Below are positions 20,316 through 30,141 of a stretch of DNA of 64,000 nucleotides, piece after piece. The DNA lies in contig NZ_AP026867.1 of assembly GCF_026000115.1 (NCBI RefSeq), positions 2,585,716 to 2,649,715 of the forward strand, read 5' to 3'. Each line of letters starts with the position of its first letter. Position 1 is the first letter of the stretch. Source of the stretch: Aureispira anguillae. GTDB lineage: Bacteria; Bacteroidota; Bacteroidia; Chitinophagales; Saprospiraceae. A model generated the notes under the pieces. That model searched no databases and was not told where the DNA came from. It saw only the letters and a list, made by a program, of their open reading frames with translations. Position numbers and translations under genes: made by a program.

Positions 20316-20345
20316 GATTTTGTTTAAGTGACTTAGCTATACTTA
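20316..20345 (+). promoter_or_regulatory. candidate Bacteroidetes sigma-A promoter for SDR cassette
   Basis: TAACTTTG (-7 TAnnTTTG) about 50 bp upstream of 20395, with a TTTG element about 20 bp further upstream. Confidence 0.3.
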
Positions 20346-20394
20346 GGTATAACTTTGCAGTATTATTTCAACTAAGAAAAATACAATCAATATC

Positions 20395-21342
20395 ATGGAA
20401 AATAGTATTTCAAATATTCATGGATGGACCCCTAAAAGCATAAAAAGCCTTCAGGGGAAAACTTATGTTATTACAGGAGCTAATGTAGGAATTGGTTACG
20501 AAGCTGCAAAAACCTTTTTAAAAAAGGGAGCAAAAGTAGTAATGCTCAATCGCAATGAGCAAAAAACAAAAAATGCAATTGCTCAATTGAAAAAAGACTT
20601 AGGCTCTAAGATTGATGTTTCTTATATCATAATGGATTTAGAATCTTTGGCTTCTGTCAGAAAAGCCGCTGCTAAAGCTATAGAAAGTATCTCCACATTT
20701 GATGCTTTCATTTGCAATGCGGCAGTCGGGCAATTAGCAAAGCAAGAAATATCTAATGACGGTTTTGAAAAACAATTGGGCATCAATCATTATGGTCATT
20801 TTTTACTCTTAAACCTGATGTTCCAAAAAATCAAAGCGGTCAAAGCCAGGATAGTTCTTGTTGGAAGTAATGGCTATAACATGGGATTGAAGAAAATTCA
20901 ATTCGAGGATATGAATTTTGATAAGAATTACAACCCAATGAGAACTTATTGCCATAGCAAATTAGCTCAAATGATGTTTGCCTATGAATTACAGCGAAAG
21001 ATAAAAGCAAACAATGGAGATACCGAAGTTTACGTCTGTCATCCCGGTGCATCAAAAACTACTATGGGGGTAGAAGAAGGCAATCGAATGACAAAAATTA
21101 TGTTTAAGATTATGGCACTTACTCCCCTTGCTCAATCCGCAGAGGCAGGTTCTCATCCGACAGTAATGTGTGCAACAGAAAATAATTTGAAGCAACTGGC
21201 ATATTATGGACCAACGGGGACGATGAATTTAGTTGGTCCATTAGGAGCATGTACATTGGAAGAACATGTATTGGACAAAGCTTCAGCACAGAAGCTTTGG
21301 GAATTATCAGAAAAAGAAACTAATTGCAGTTGGAAATTCTAA
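20395..21342 (+). CDS. short-chain dehydrogenase/reductase (SDR) family oxidoreductase
   Basis: TGANVGIGYEAA (TGxxxGIG) cofactor motif; YCHSK (YxxxK) catalytic motif. Confidence 0.85.
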   Translation: MENSISNIHGWTPKSIKSLQGKTYVITGANVGIGYEAAKTFLKKGAKVVMLNRNEQKTKNAIAQLKKDLGSKIDVSYIIMDLESLASVRKAAAKAIESISTFDAFICNAAVGQLAKQEISNDGFEKQLGINHYGHFLLLNLMFQKIKAVKARIVLVGSNGYNMGLKKIQFEDMNFDKNYNPMRTYCHSKLAQMMFAYELQRKIKANNGDTEVYVCHPGASKTTMGVEEGNRMTKIMFKIMALTPLAQSAEAGSHPTVMCATENNLKQLAYYGPTGTMNLVGPLGACTLEEHVLDKASAQKLWELSEKETNCSWKF

Positions 21343-21379
21343 TTTAGAAATCATATTTAAATCATCAAAAAAAATAATA

Positions 21380-21769
21380 ATGAAAAACACGGGAATGTGG
21401 ATTTGTAGAATAATATTAGGTTTGGTTGGCATTATCCTTTTAGTACAAGGATTTATGTGGTCGTTTTTACCGGAAAGCAATTTAGCAATAAATGATATTG
21501 TTGCAAATTCAACTTTAGGACTGAACATGATTAAAAGTGATATTGGAGGACCTTTAATGGCTGGAGGGTTAATGTTAATTTTATATGCTATTAAATGGAA
21601 AGAATTTTATTTGCCATTAATGATTTTTGTTTCAGGATACTTAATTGTGCGCATAGTTAGTTTCTTTGCTGATGGGTCACATCCTACCATTATTATGGGA
21701 ATAATATTGGAAGCAGTTGTCCTTGTACTAATTGTAGTATTAAACAATCTTCGTAAAAAGGCTTCATAA
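21380..21769 (+). CDS. small integral membrane protein
   Basis: start taken as MKNTGMW after the SDR stop; four TM segments. Confidence 0.5.
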   Translation: MKNTGMWICRIILGLVGIILLVQGFMWSFLPESNLAINDIVANSTLGLNMIKSDIGGPLMAGGLMLILYAIKWKEFYLPLMIFVSGYLIVRIVSFFADGSHPTIIMGIILEAVVLVLIVVLNNLRKKAS

Positions 21770-21772
21770 AAT

Positions 21773-22687
21773 TTGAATATGCAACACTTCAAAACATTAA
21801 GTGAATTTCTCGCATACATAAAATTTCCTGCACCAGAACACCCCATGTTCAGCATAATATCTACCAAAGATGGAGGCTACCTTCCTTGTCCAAAGGAAAG
21901 CTCTCCGCCTATCAGTAATGAATGTTACTCTATTAGTTTAAAAAAAGTGTTATTAGGAGAGGTTAACTATGGTAGAACTAAATATGATTTCAACAACGGT
22001 GCAATGGTTTTTATGTCCCCAAGGCAAGTCATGCAATGGGATAAAGTTATTATTGACCAAAAAGGATTGGTCATCACATTCCATGAAGATTTTATAAGAG
22101 GCACTATCTTAGAGAGACAAATCAAAAAATACGGTTTCTTTTCCTATACTACTAACGAAGCCCTACACCTTTCACCCAAAGAAGAAAAACTGATTGAATC
22201 CATTTTTGATAATATTGAAATGGAGTATCACAACAATCAGGATAAGTTTAGCAAAGACATTATCATTGCTCAATTGGGAACATTGCTAAAATACGCAGAC
22301 CGCTTTTATGAACGACAATTTATCAACAGGAAAGAACTTTCGGGTAGTCTATTAGAAAAGTTCACCAATGAGATTAGAAGCTATTTTGAATCTGATAAAT
22401 TACAAGAATTAGGTATTCCAACGATAGAAGCATTAGCTGATAGTTTATCTGTTTCTCAACGTTATTTAAGCGACACACTTAAAAAGGAAACAGGAAAAAC
22501 AGCCATAGAACATATTCATTTGTACCTAATTGATGAAGCCAAAAATATTCTATTACAACCAAATAAAACAATTTCACAAATAGCTTATGAATTGGGATTT
22601 GAATACCCTCAATATTTTTCGAGATTGTTTAAGAAAAGAGTAGGAGTTAGCCCTTCACATTACAGAAACAAATTTATGTTGAATTGA
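21773..22687 (+). CDS. AraC family transcriptional regulator
   Basis: C-terminal HTH_AraC (ISQIAYELGFEYPQYFSRLFKKRVGVSPSHYR); paralog of 60897..61832. Confidence 0.8.
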   Translation: MNMQHFKTLSEFLAYIKFPAPEHPMFSIISTKDGGYLPCPKESSPPISNECYSISLKKVLLGEVNYGRTKYDFNNGAMVFMSPRQVMQWDKVIIDQKGLVITFHEDFIRGTILERQIKKYGFFSYTTNEALHLSPKEEKLIESIFDNIEMEYHNNQDKFSKDIIIAQLGTLLKYADRFYERQFINRKELSGSLLEKFTNEIRSYFESDKLQELGIPTIEALADSLSVSQRYLSDTLKKETGKTAIEHIHLYLIDEAKNILLQPNKTISQIAYELGFEYPQYFSRLFKKRVGVSPSHYRNKFMLN

Positions 22688-22699
22688 AAAGAAAACTGA

Positions 22700-22767
22700 T
22701 GCCAACAAAGGCTAAAATGTCAATAGCCTCCATCCGTCGGCTACTGCATTTAGCCGGGCCGTTAGGT
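22700..22767 (+). other. attC-like site (short class)
   Basis: TGCCAACAAAGGCtaaaatgtcaatagcc...ggctactgcatttagccgggcCGTTAGGTggcat; core GTTAGGT, reverse complement ACCTAAC. Confidence 0.55.
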
Positions 22768-23127
22768 GGCATTTTCTCTCCTCTCCTAAAAATATAGTTA
22801 TCTAATTCCCTATTTCAAGAATATTTCCCTATTTTACTTTGATTGTAGTTAATTCATTAGCGAAACTAACGACATTTGAAATTATATTTATTTTACGCAT
22901 AAAACAGTGTTTGTCGATACTTGCGGAGATCCAAAAGGAAACTATAAAATTTAGTGTACTAGAGTCTAAAAAATGCTCTAAAAGTGCTTATTTTAATTTT
23001 TTTAGGTCTTTTTTTACTTTTCTAACACCCTATTTTGTCTCGTATATACCATAAATGCTTACTTATAAATTCTAGTTATCGTTAGAACCGCTGTTAATTC
23101 ACATATTAAATATTTATTTATTACATA

Positions 23128-24408
23128 ATGAATATTGATAAACTTAAAAAGCAAATAGATAAATTCCAAAGTTCGATTAGGTATTATGAAATACTCTTTC
23201 AAAGGGATGGCAATATCACTCCTGATGAACAAGCTTTATTGAATAAATTGAATGAGTCTATAGAAAAAATAAACAATAAAATAAAATCCATTCAAAAGAG
23301 TACTATAGAGAAACTTACGCTCAAATACAATGACTGTAAAAGAAGTTTTAATCTTATAAAAGAAAGCCTTGAAAATTATATTAATGACAATCAGGCATTG
23401 TCTAAAAATATAAACTCATTTGATTCAGATTACACTTCTTATTTTAAAAAGTTTGCTAAAAGCGATTTTCATACACAGAATCAAATAAAAAAGCAGAAAG
23501 AACAAATAAAAAAATGGCAAACAGAAGTCCTAGCTGTTAAAGAAAAACATATTAAGCCCGTTAAAGATCTTTCTAAACAGAAAGCTAATCCTAAAATGAA
23601 ATCTGAAACAAAAAAGATTGCGACCTACAAAGATGTTACAAAATATCAAATTGATGCAATCGTTGATTTGTTTAAAAATGGAAATAATCGAAGCATTGAT
23701 AACAATGCAGCAATTCATCATAATGATGTAAAACAAGGAAATCTAGATGACTGTTATTTTTTAGCTGCTTTAGCGGCTGTTGCTAAAGCAAATCCTAGTT
23801 CTATTAAGAATCTTATCACTCCAAAAAAAGATGGAACTTATGATGTAAAGCTATACATTCGAAAGAAAAAGTTCTTAAACCCTAGTGGATTAAATCCCAT
23901 AATTGTAAATGTTTCAACAGAATTACCTATTTCTAACAAAACTGACAACCCTATTTATGCTAGGCATGGAGACAACGAACTATGGGTTTCCTTAGTTGAA
24001 AAAGCGTTTGCTAAATTAAATGGAACTAAATATGATAGTTCCTATAAAAAAGTAGAATGGGGTCATGGTTATGAAGCTATTGAAAATATAACAGGGCATG
24101 CTGCTTCTCATTTTATTCCAAAGAAAAAGACTAGGGAGGACTTAATTGAAATTATACAAAGTGCATTAATAGACGAACGCCCTATTACTGCTGGAACCAA
24201 ACCAAATAAAAAAAACAATTTCAACTTCAAACTAGATGATAATACAGAACTTGTTCCAGCACATGAATACTACATTATAAACATAAACAATAAAGAAATA
24301 GAACTTCGAAACCCACATGGGAATGACACATATATTGGAGGAAATATATTTACTATTGACATCAGTAATTTTATTAGTTATTTTAGTATAGTTTCTTTAA
24401 ATAGTTAA
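23128..24408 (+). CDS. calpain-like cysteine protease (peptidase C2-like) with N-terminal coiled-coil
   Basis: QGNLDDCYFLAALAA matches the calpain active-site Cys motif QGxLGDCWLLAA; HEYYI with ELRNPHGND parallels calpain GHAYSV and RLRNPWG. Confidence 0.55.
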   Translation: MNIDKLKKQIDKFQSSIRYYEILFQRDGNITPDEQALLNKLNESIEKINNKIKSIQKSTIEKLTLKYNDCKRSFNLIKESLENYINDNQALSKNINSFDSDYTSYFKKFAKSDFHTQNQIKKQKEQIKKWQTEVLAVKEKHIKPVKDLSKQKANPKMKSETKKIATYKDVTKYQIDAIVDLFKNGNNRSIDNNAAIHHNDVKQGNLDDCYFLAALAAVAKANPSSIKNLITPKKDGTYDVKLYIRKKKFLNPSGLNPIIVNVSTELPISNKTDNPIYARHGDNELWVSLVEKAFAKLNGTKYDSSYKKVEWGHGYEAIENITGHAASHFIPKKKTREDLIEIIQSALIDERPITAGTKPNKKNNFNFKLDDNTELVPAHEYYIININNKEIELRNPHGNDTYIGGNIFTIDISNFISYFSIVSLNS

Positions 24409-24411
24409 AGT

Positions 24412-24825
24412 ATGAAAGTATGCCTTTTTATTGTTCATACAGTAGCTATTGTTTATCTATTCTGTGGATGTAGCAATAAAGTGAAACTCAATAAAATTGT
24501 ACAGAAATATAAATTCTGTACAGATACAATTATTACTTTTTACTCAGGAAAAGAGTGGGAAGGATTAAGATTTGTTAATCGTTTTGAATACTATTGGGGA
24601 GAGAATAAGGACTTAAAAGTAAGAGGTCCTATTACATACTATTACAAAAAGCATATTGGAAAAGGAAGTATTATTAAGTTAAATGATACAAAATGGATTA
24701 TATCTAAATTTCAATATCAACGCCATATAGAAATTAGTCGTCCTTTTAAAAAAGGTAGGGCTTATCCTACTCCAGAGTATTATAATGTAAGACTAACTTT
24801 AAAACAAATGTGTACAAATAAATAA
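24412..24825 (+). CDS. lipoprotein, putative partner/inhibitor of upstream protease
   Basis: lipobox LFCGCSNK; starts 4 bp after upstream gene. Confidence 0.45.
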   Translation: MKVCLFIVHTVAIVYLFCGCSNKVKLNKIVQKYKFCTDTIITFYSGKEWEGLRFVNRFEYYWGENKDLKVRGPITYYYKKHIGKGSIIKLNDTKWIISKFQYQRHIEISRPFKKGRAYPTPEYYNVRLTLKQMCTNK

Positions 24826-24830
24826 CGCCA

Positions 24831-25024
24831 CTTAACAAGAAATATACGTCAATCCCACATCTTGGGCTAAAGCTAAAGTTCATTCGTATGTAACACTACG
24901 CAAAATCGCAGATTTTGCTAGTACTCGAAGAAAAAATTACTAGCAAAATCTGCGATTTTGCTTTGGGATTAGCTATATTCCTATTCGTATAACTTGTGGC
25001 ACTGCGTATATCAAGACGTTATAG
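24831..25024 (+). other. attC-like site (long class)
   Basis: CTTAACAAgaaatatacg...gcaaaatcgcagattttgctagtactcgaagaaaaaattactagcaaaatctgcgattttgc...gcgtatatcaagacGTTATAG; near-identical to 18811-18996. Confidence 0.65.
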
Positions 25025-25052
25025 CAAACTATGTATCTTAACGAACATTAAA

Positions 25053-25829
25053 ATGGACGAATTCAATAGAACAGAGGTATTCTACTCAATAGTTAACAAT
25101 GACTATGATAAATTTATGAAAGAGCTTGAATTCTTGACAGATATAAATATGGTTGATATAAACGGAATGTCTTTACTCCATTTCTGTGGTGAATATTCAA
25201 ACCTAAAATTTGCTAAAAATCTAATTGAAAAAGGTATCAACGTTGACCTAAAAGATAATTATGGGAATAATGCTTTATGGAAAGCTACATTTAATTCAAG
25301 AGGAAATTATGAATTGGTCGAATTACTAATTGAAAATGAATCTAACCCAAATTCTAAAAATAATGCCAATAAATCACCATTGGACTTAGCACTTAGTTTT
25401 GGAGACGAAAGACTAATCGGATTGCTTAGCGAACCAGAATATAAATACCATGCAGACTGGGAACAATTGGCTGATTTGTTCAATTACAAAATAGACCGAC
25501 ACGACCAAGATTGGACTTATACAATTTCAGAACCTGAAAGAATCGAGGATTACCTAGATGCTTATACAAATATTGAGAATATAGAAGCAAAATATTCTCT
25601 ACTTGAAATGATAATTCAATCCGTTAATGACCAAACTGACAAAGAATTTGATAAGTATTGGAATCGATTAGTTCCATTTCTTGATATTGATTTCGAATTA
25701 AACAAACCAACTATCTATTATTGGTGTGATTGGATGAATGATAATCTGGAAAACTGTTTCGAGGTTAGTGATAAGATGAGAAAATATTGGATTAGTAAAA
25801 TAAAAGAAAAATGCTATAACAATGTATAA
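25053..25829 (+). CDS. ankyrin-repeat protein
   Basis: start taken as MDEF; ANK repeats GMSLLHFCGEYSNLKFAKNLIEKGINVDLKDNYGNNALWKA. Confidence 0.7.
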   Translation: MDEFNRTEVFYSIVNNDYDKFMKELEFLTDINMVDINGMSLLHFCGEYSNLKFAKNLIEKGINVDLKDNYGNNALWKATFNSRGNYELVELLIENESNPNSKNNANKSPLDLALSFGDERLIGLLSEPEYKYHADWEQLADLFNYKIDRHDQDWTYTISEPERIEDYLDAYTNIENIEAKYSLLEMIIQSVNDQTDKEFDKYWNRLVPFLDIDFELNKPTIYYWCDWMNDNLENCFEVSDKMRKYWISKIKEKCYNNV

Positions 25830-25881
25830 CAAATCACAGCCGCCTATCGGCAGGCTACGCTTGTTATACGAGCCGTTGGCG
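25815..25881 (+). other. attC-like site (short class)
   Basis: stop codon inside ATAACAATGTATAA; ...cagccgcctatcggcaggctacg...agcCGTTGGCGgtcatt. Confidence 0.5.
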
Positions 25882-25953
25882 GTCATTAAAACCCAATCTA
25901 AGGATTTAGAAATTAAACATCTTACTTAATAAAAACAAAAAATAGAAAACAAA

Positions 25954-26925
25954 ATGAGAATAGCTTTTTATGGTTCATCTTCTCCAATTTTTTATGATTA
26001 TTCCAAACCAAATGCACAACTCAGCTCGCAAGGGTTATTGCCCAATCCTATTCTTGATAGTGCATGGGGAACTATGATATTATTTGATGAGCTTTGGTTT
26101 TTAGCTGAAGAACTGTGTCCTAAGAACTTAAAATCATTACCTTATATTAAATTTTTGACTAATGAAATAGATTTCAATCATTTAAAAGATTTGAATACTA
26201 ATGCTATTTGGGAAAACTTAGGAAAAGAAAAACAAAAATATTTTGAGCAAAAGAAATTAAACGAAAGCTTGGGGCAATATCAAGAAGTTGTTGATTCATT
26301 AGGAAGCACATGGGAAATATCTCCAGATCACCACTCAAGAGATTTTCACGTTGGTGATTTAAAATTTATGGGAAGCTCTGTTCAAGCAGAAAATGTTGTA
26401 CAAGATTTAGCTATCGTTGAATTTCTAAAACTTCACCTAAAAAAAGATATTCAACTAATTACTAACTCTTTCACCCAAAATTGGCTCGAAAGCCCTGATT
26501 CCATTTTGTCTCAAACAAAACTAACCGAGTTATTAACGATTGAAGGCATACCTAATTATCTAAATCAGGATGGTCCATATCATGAAATAATTGAAACTTT
26601 AAGAGAAGATCAATATCTTAAAAGGTATAGAGAATGGATAATAGAGCAAAAGATTAACTATAACCTGTCTGAATTAAAAGATGTCAAGGAAGAAATAGAA
26701 AACTCTATAAATAAATTCCAAAGAGAATTAATGCTAAAGTACTTAGATCCTAAATCAACTTATAAAAGTATTGGCAAATCTATTATTGGAGCTGGTTCAA
26801 ACTTAATTATCCCTGGTATTTCTGCAATGGTATCGATAGCAGGTGATGTAAAAGAGGGAATTCAAAAAAAGGATTTAATGTGGCAAGGTTTCATTATTTC
26901 TTCAAAAAACAAACTAAACAGATAA
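25954..26925 (+). CDS. hypothetical protein (323 aa)
   Basis: single-gene cassette. Confidence 0.45.
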   Translation: MRIAFYGSSSPIFYDYSKPNAQLSSQGLLPNPILDSAWGTMILFDELWFLAEELCPKNLKSLPYIKFLTNEIDFNHLKDLNTNAIWENLGKEKQKYFEQKKLNESLGQYQEVVDSLGSTWEISPDHHSRDFHVGDLKFMGSSVQAENVVQDLAIVEFLKLHLKKDIQLITNSFTQNWLESPDSILSQTKLTELLTIEGIPNYLNQDGPYHEIIETLREDQYLKRYREWIIEQKINYNLSELKDVKEEIENSINKFQRELMLKYLDPKSTYKSIGKSIIGAGSNLIIPGISAMVSIAGDVKEGIQKKDLMWQGFIISSKNKLNR

Positions 26926-26933
26926 AAAACGAC

Positions 26934-27131
26934 CGCCAACAATGTGTAACATATGACCATTCTAGGTGTAGGGCTAAAGCTAAAGTCTCGGCGTATGTGA
27001 GACGCCGCAAAATCGTAGATTTTGCTAGTAGCTTGAAGCCAGATTACTAGCAAAGTCTACGATTTTGCTTTGGGATTGGCTATATTCAGTACGCATAGCC
27101 TCTAGCACAGGCATATACACTAGACGTTAGG
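26934..27131 (+). other. attC-like site (long class; near-canonical cores)
   Basis: CGCCAACAATGTGTAacatatg...cgcaaaatcgtagattttgctagt...actagcaaagtctacgattttgc...gcatatacactagacGTTAGGCacaat. Confidence 0.7.
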
Positions 27132-27221
27132 CACAATTTTAAAATCTCTGGCTCAAGATTCAAGAAGTTCTTAGGAAATCAATATATTACTTATCATTAT
27201 ATTTCTTACTAAATCGAAAAA

Positions 27222-28067
27222 ATGGAAGAATTAACGATTATTAGTCTAGAATTAGAAAGTTTAATCGAAAAAATAGAATTCTATAAATCATCAGGAAAAG
27301 TTTTTGATTCATGGGACGTCTATAATCATGTTGACATGCCTAAAAACTTTGAGAGCAAGACTTATGGTCCTCTCTTTACCACATATAATGATATCGTTAG
27401 TCGACTAAAAGGTTATGATAAAAAAACATTTTCAAGCTTAAAAAAACTTAAACTTTCTCCACCTTTACTAAGAGAAGATGTAGATAACAATTATAATCAT
27501 TATGACTACTATCTTTACACTTCTGAGCATTTGATAGAAATTCTTTTTGAAACAAAAAAAGCAAAAAAAATCCTTGATAAATTTCTGAATTCAAAAGAAA
27601 AAATAAGTACTCAGCAAGGAGTTGAATTTGTTGCAGAAGATAGTTTAAATTCGGCTATTATTGGAATAATAAAAGAAGCAAGAAGTTTCATCACATTGAT
27701 AGCACCTTATATCAAATTACACGAAAGAATAAAAGATGCATTACTACTAAAGTTAAAAGTTCCTGCATTATCCTTAGTTGTTGTGTTCGGCAAAAACGAA
27801 CAAGACAAGTCTAAAAGTCTAAGTACATCAGATAAAACTTTTTTAAATAAATTTCCCAAACTAAGCTTGTATTACAAAAACAGATTACACGCTAAATGCT
27901 ATTTCAATGAAAAAGAAGTTTTATTAACCTCTATGAACTTATATGATTATTCTCAAAATAACAATATTGAGTTCGGAGTTTTGATAAAAAAAGAGATAAA
28001 CCCCAGTCTTTATGATGAAGTAATAACTTATTTTAAAGATGTAATAGAGAATAGTATAAAACAATAA
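27222..28067 (+). CDS. PLD/HKD-like domain protein (putative Nuc-family nuclease)
   Basis: C-terminal RLHAKCYFNEKEVLLTSMNL approximates HxK(x)4D(x)6GSxN with D to E and G to T substitutions. Confidence 0.4.
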   Translation: MEELTIISLELESLIEKIEFYKSSGKVFDSWDVYNHVDMPKNFESKTYGPLFTTYNDIVSRLKGYDKKTFSSLKKLKLSPPLLREDVDNNYNHYDYYLYTSEHLIEILFETKKAKKILDKFLNSKEKISTQQGVEFVAEDSLNSAIIGIIKEARSFITLIAPYIKLHERIKDALLLKLKVPALSLVVVFGKNEQDKSKSLSTSDKTFLNKFPKLSLYYKNRLHAKCYFNEKEVLLTSMNLYDYSQNNNIEFGVLIKKEINPSLYDEVITYFKDVIENSIKQ

Positions 28068-28134
28068 AAAATCTCATTAAGCCTATTTTTATTAAATCAT
28101 TCAAAATCAATATCTAAAAAATCCAAATCCATAA

Positions 28135-28920
28135 ATGTTAAGAATAGAAAAAACTCAACTAAATATTAGTGCTTTAATCACAATGTCTTCTGGATTAAAA
28201 AAGCTTCAATCTAACACAATTACAGAAATGATGGATAAAGGAGAAAAAGCAGGACAAGTGATAATTACTAGAGAAAAAAGGGAAAATGAAAAAACAGATC
28301 TGCAATTAAGCCTAGAGTTACTAAATAAACTTTTTTTTAGTCTTGTTGGAGGTCCTCCTAGCCCACTTATTCTAAGTGGCGATGAAGAAAGATATCTCAG
28401 AAATTGTTCTTATGCTTATTACTACTATAAGACTGAAGAAGCCGAAATTTCTCCCCTAGATGTTTTTGGTGTATTTCACAAAACGCATTTCAACACACCA
28501 CCGCCAAATGAGTTACATAAAGAATTTCCAAAGATGCTTTTATCCACTTTCGGTCTAAATCCCGAATTATCTCAAGCATTCAATAAATACCAACAAACAT
28601 CACCAATTGCCTTACCCTCTCCAAAGTCTTTTAATCATGTATTTCAAACACTAAAGACTGAATTCGTCAATAATGAAATAAAATTAGTATTGGAAGCAAC
28701 CAATCTTGAAATGACGAAAAGTATAGACTCCTTATTTGCATTAAAAGATTTGTTATTTTGTTGTGAGTTTGATACAAGTTCAATTCTTGAACATCATGAA
28801 TTTTCAAAAATAAGTGGACAAAAAGACACATATAACTGGGGTGCTAAAAATGGGATAAAGCCATCTATAGAGTTTGATTACGATTACCTGAAAGTAGATG
28901 TAACAAAAAACTGTGCCTAA
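28135..28920 (+). CDS. hypothetical protein (261 aa), co-cassette with PLD-like gene
   Basis: ORF immediately followed by attC inverse core. Confidence 0.4.
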   Translation: MLRIEKTQLNISALITMSSGLKKLQSNTITEMMDKGEKAGQVIITREKRENEKTDLQLSLELLNKLFFSLVGGPPSPLILSGDEERYLRNCSYAYYYYKTEEAEISPLDVFGVFHKTHFNTPPPNELHKEFPKMLLSTFGLNPELSQAFNKYQQTSPIALPSPKSFNHVFQTLKTEFVNNEIKLVLEATNLEMTKSIDSLFALKDLLFCCEFDTSSILEHHEFSKISGQKDTYNWGAKNGIKPSIEFDYDYLKVDVTKNCA

Positions 28921-29135
28921 CAATCTGTCAATTCCATAAAGTTAAGAGCAAAAGCTGGTCTGTAATTTGCGGAAAATCTGTTTCTAAAGCTGTCACATTT
29001 CAGGCAGGAACAATTTTAGAAGGTGCATACCAAATTTGCTATCTATAGGGACAGCATATTCCTGAGCTCTAAAATTACATTTCTTTTTAGAGCTTGATTA
29101 TTAATTGTATTCCAATGCTTTATAAGCTACCTATA

Positions 29136-30105
29136 CTAAAAGGCTGGCTTGTAGTTTTTTTCTGTCATATACCGTTCATTCAATCTCATTTGCTTGCGTG
29201 TTCTTTTTGTTGGTGGTCGTATTCGGACGCTTTCATAATAGCGTTTTATTAGGTTAATCGCAGCTTTAACATATACTCCTTGATGCTCTGAAAGCAACAA
29301 ATCAAACCAATCTTTTTTCACTATAGTAATTGCTATATTTCTATTTATTTGACCCTTCAGTTTTTGTCCATTCAATTCTTTTTCTGCTACATGAATAAAC
29401 ATCGAGCGAATATTGTAAAAGATCAACACCGACCATAAATCCTGTAAAACAAATTGGGCTTTGTAACCTGAAAATACACCTAATTTTAGTTGATTTTTAA
29501 GCTCATCAAAAGCTGTTTCCTCTCCCCACCTTTTAGAATATAAATCTTTAAATTCTTCTCTGCTAAACTTATTCTTATCCAATAAATTCGTTGCTAAAAC
29601 CTCGGTTGTTCCATTCGGTAATTCTACTCGAAGTAACCTTATTTTGAAGGTTGAAAATTTTGGATGCTTATTTTTTAAGCCATACTTATCTCTTGCTGAA
29701 TAATAAGCTCTTTCACCTAACCGAAATTCTACTATGCTATCAGTATCTCCACTTTTTAAAAAATTTTCTACTGCTTTTATTCCCTTTATTTTCATTCTTA
29801 TCAAGCAGGGCTTTCTCGATTTTAAGTGGCGGTCTAATAGTAAACTATCGCAATAATGGCGATCATAGATCATGATTGAGTTGCTAGGAAGAATTTCAAA
29901 TTTTTGATGAAGGGCAACCAACTCTGCTACTGATCTTGGATGTAAATGCACATGATAGAATACTCGATTCAATACATCATGTATCGCTAATATCTTGCAG
30001 GCTGCTATTGCTCCATATTGGTTCTTGTGAACACCTATTAAGCATCTATTTTCTTCCGTATCAGGCACTCGAATTCCAATTCCATCAATCGCCAATAGTT
30101 GGTAT
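29136..30105 (-). pseudogene. IS4/IS5-superfamily DDE transposase, 5' part severed by IS3-B insertion
   Basis: the N-terminal MGYTS residues of the tracked ORF come from the IS3-B terminus; DDE_Tnp_1 YREK signature present. Confidence 0.65.
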
Positions 30106-30141
30106 TGAGGTATTGAGGTGTACCCCATTTATAGGACCAGT

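Noticed and set aside
22839-23054. 71-aa ORF upstream of calpain-like gene
   Set aside because: Low-complexity, in an AT-rich promoter-like region, no motif. Probably not coding.
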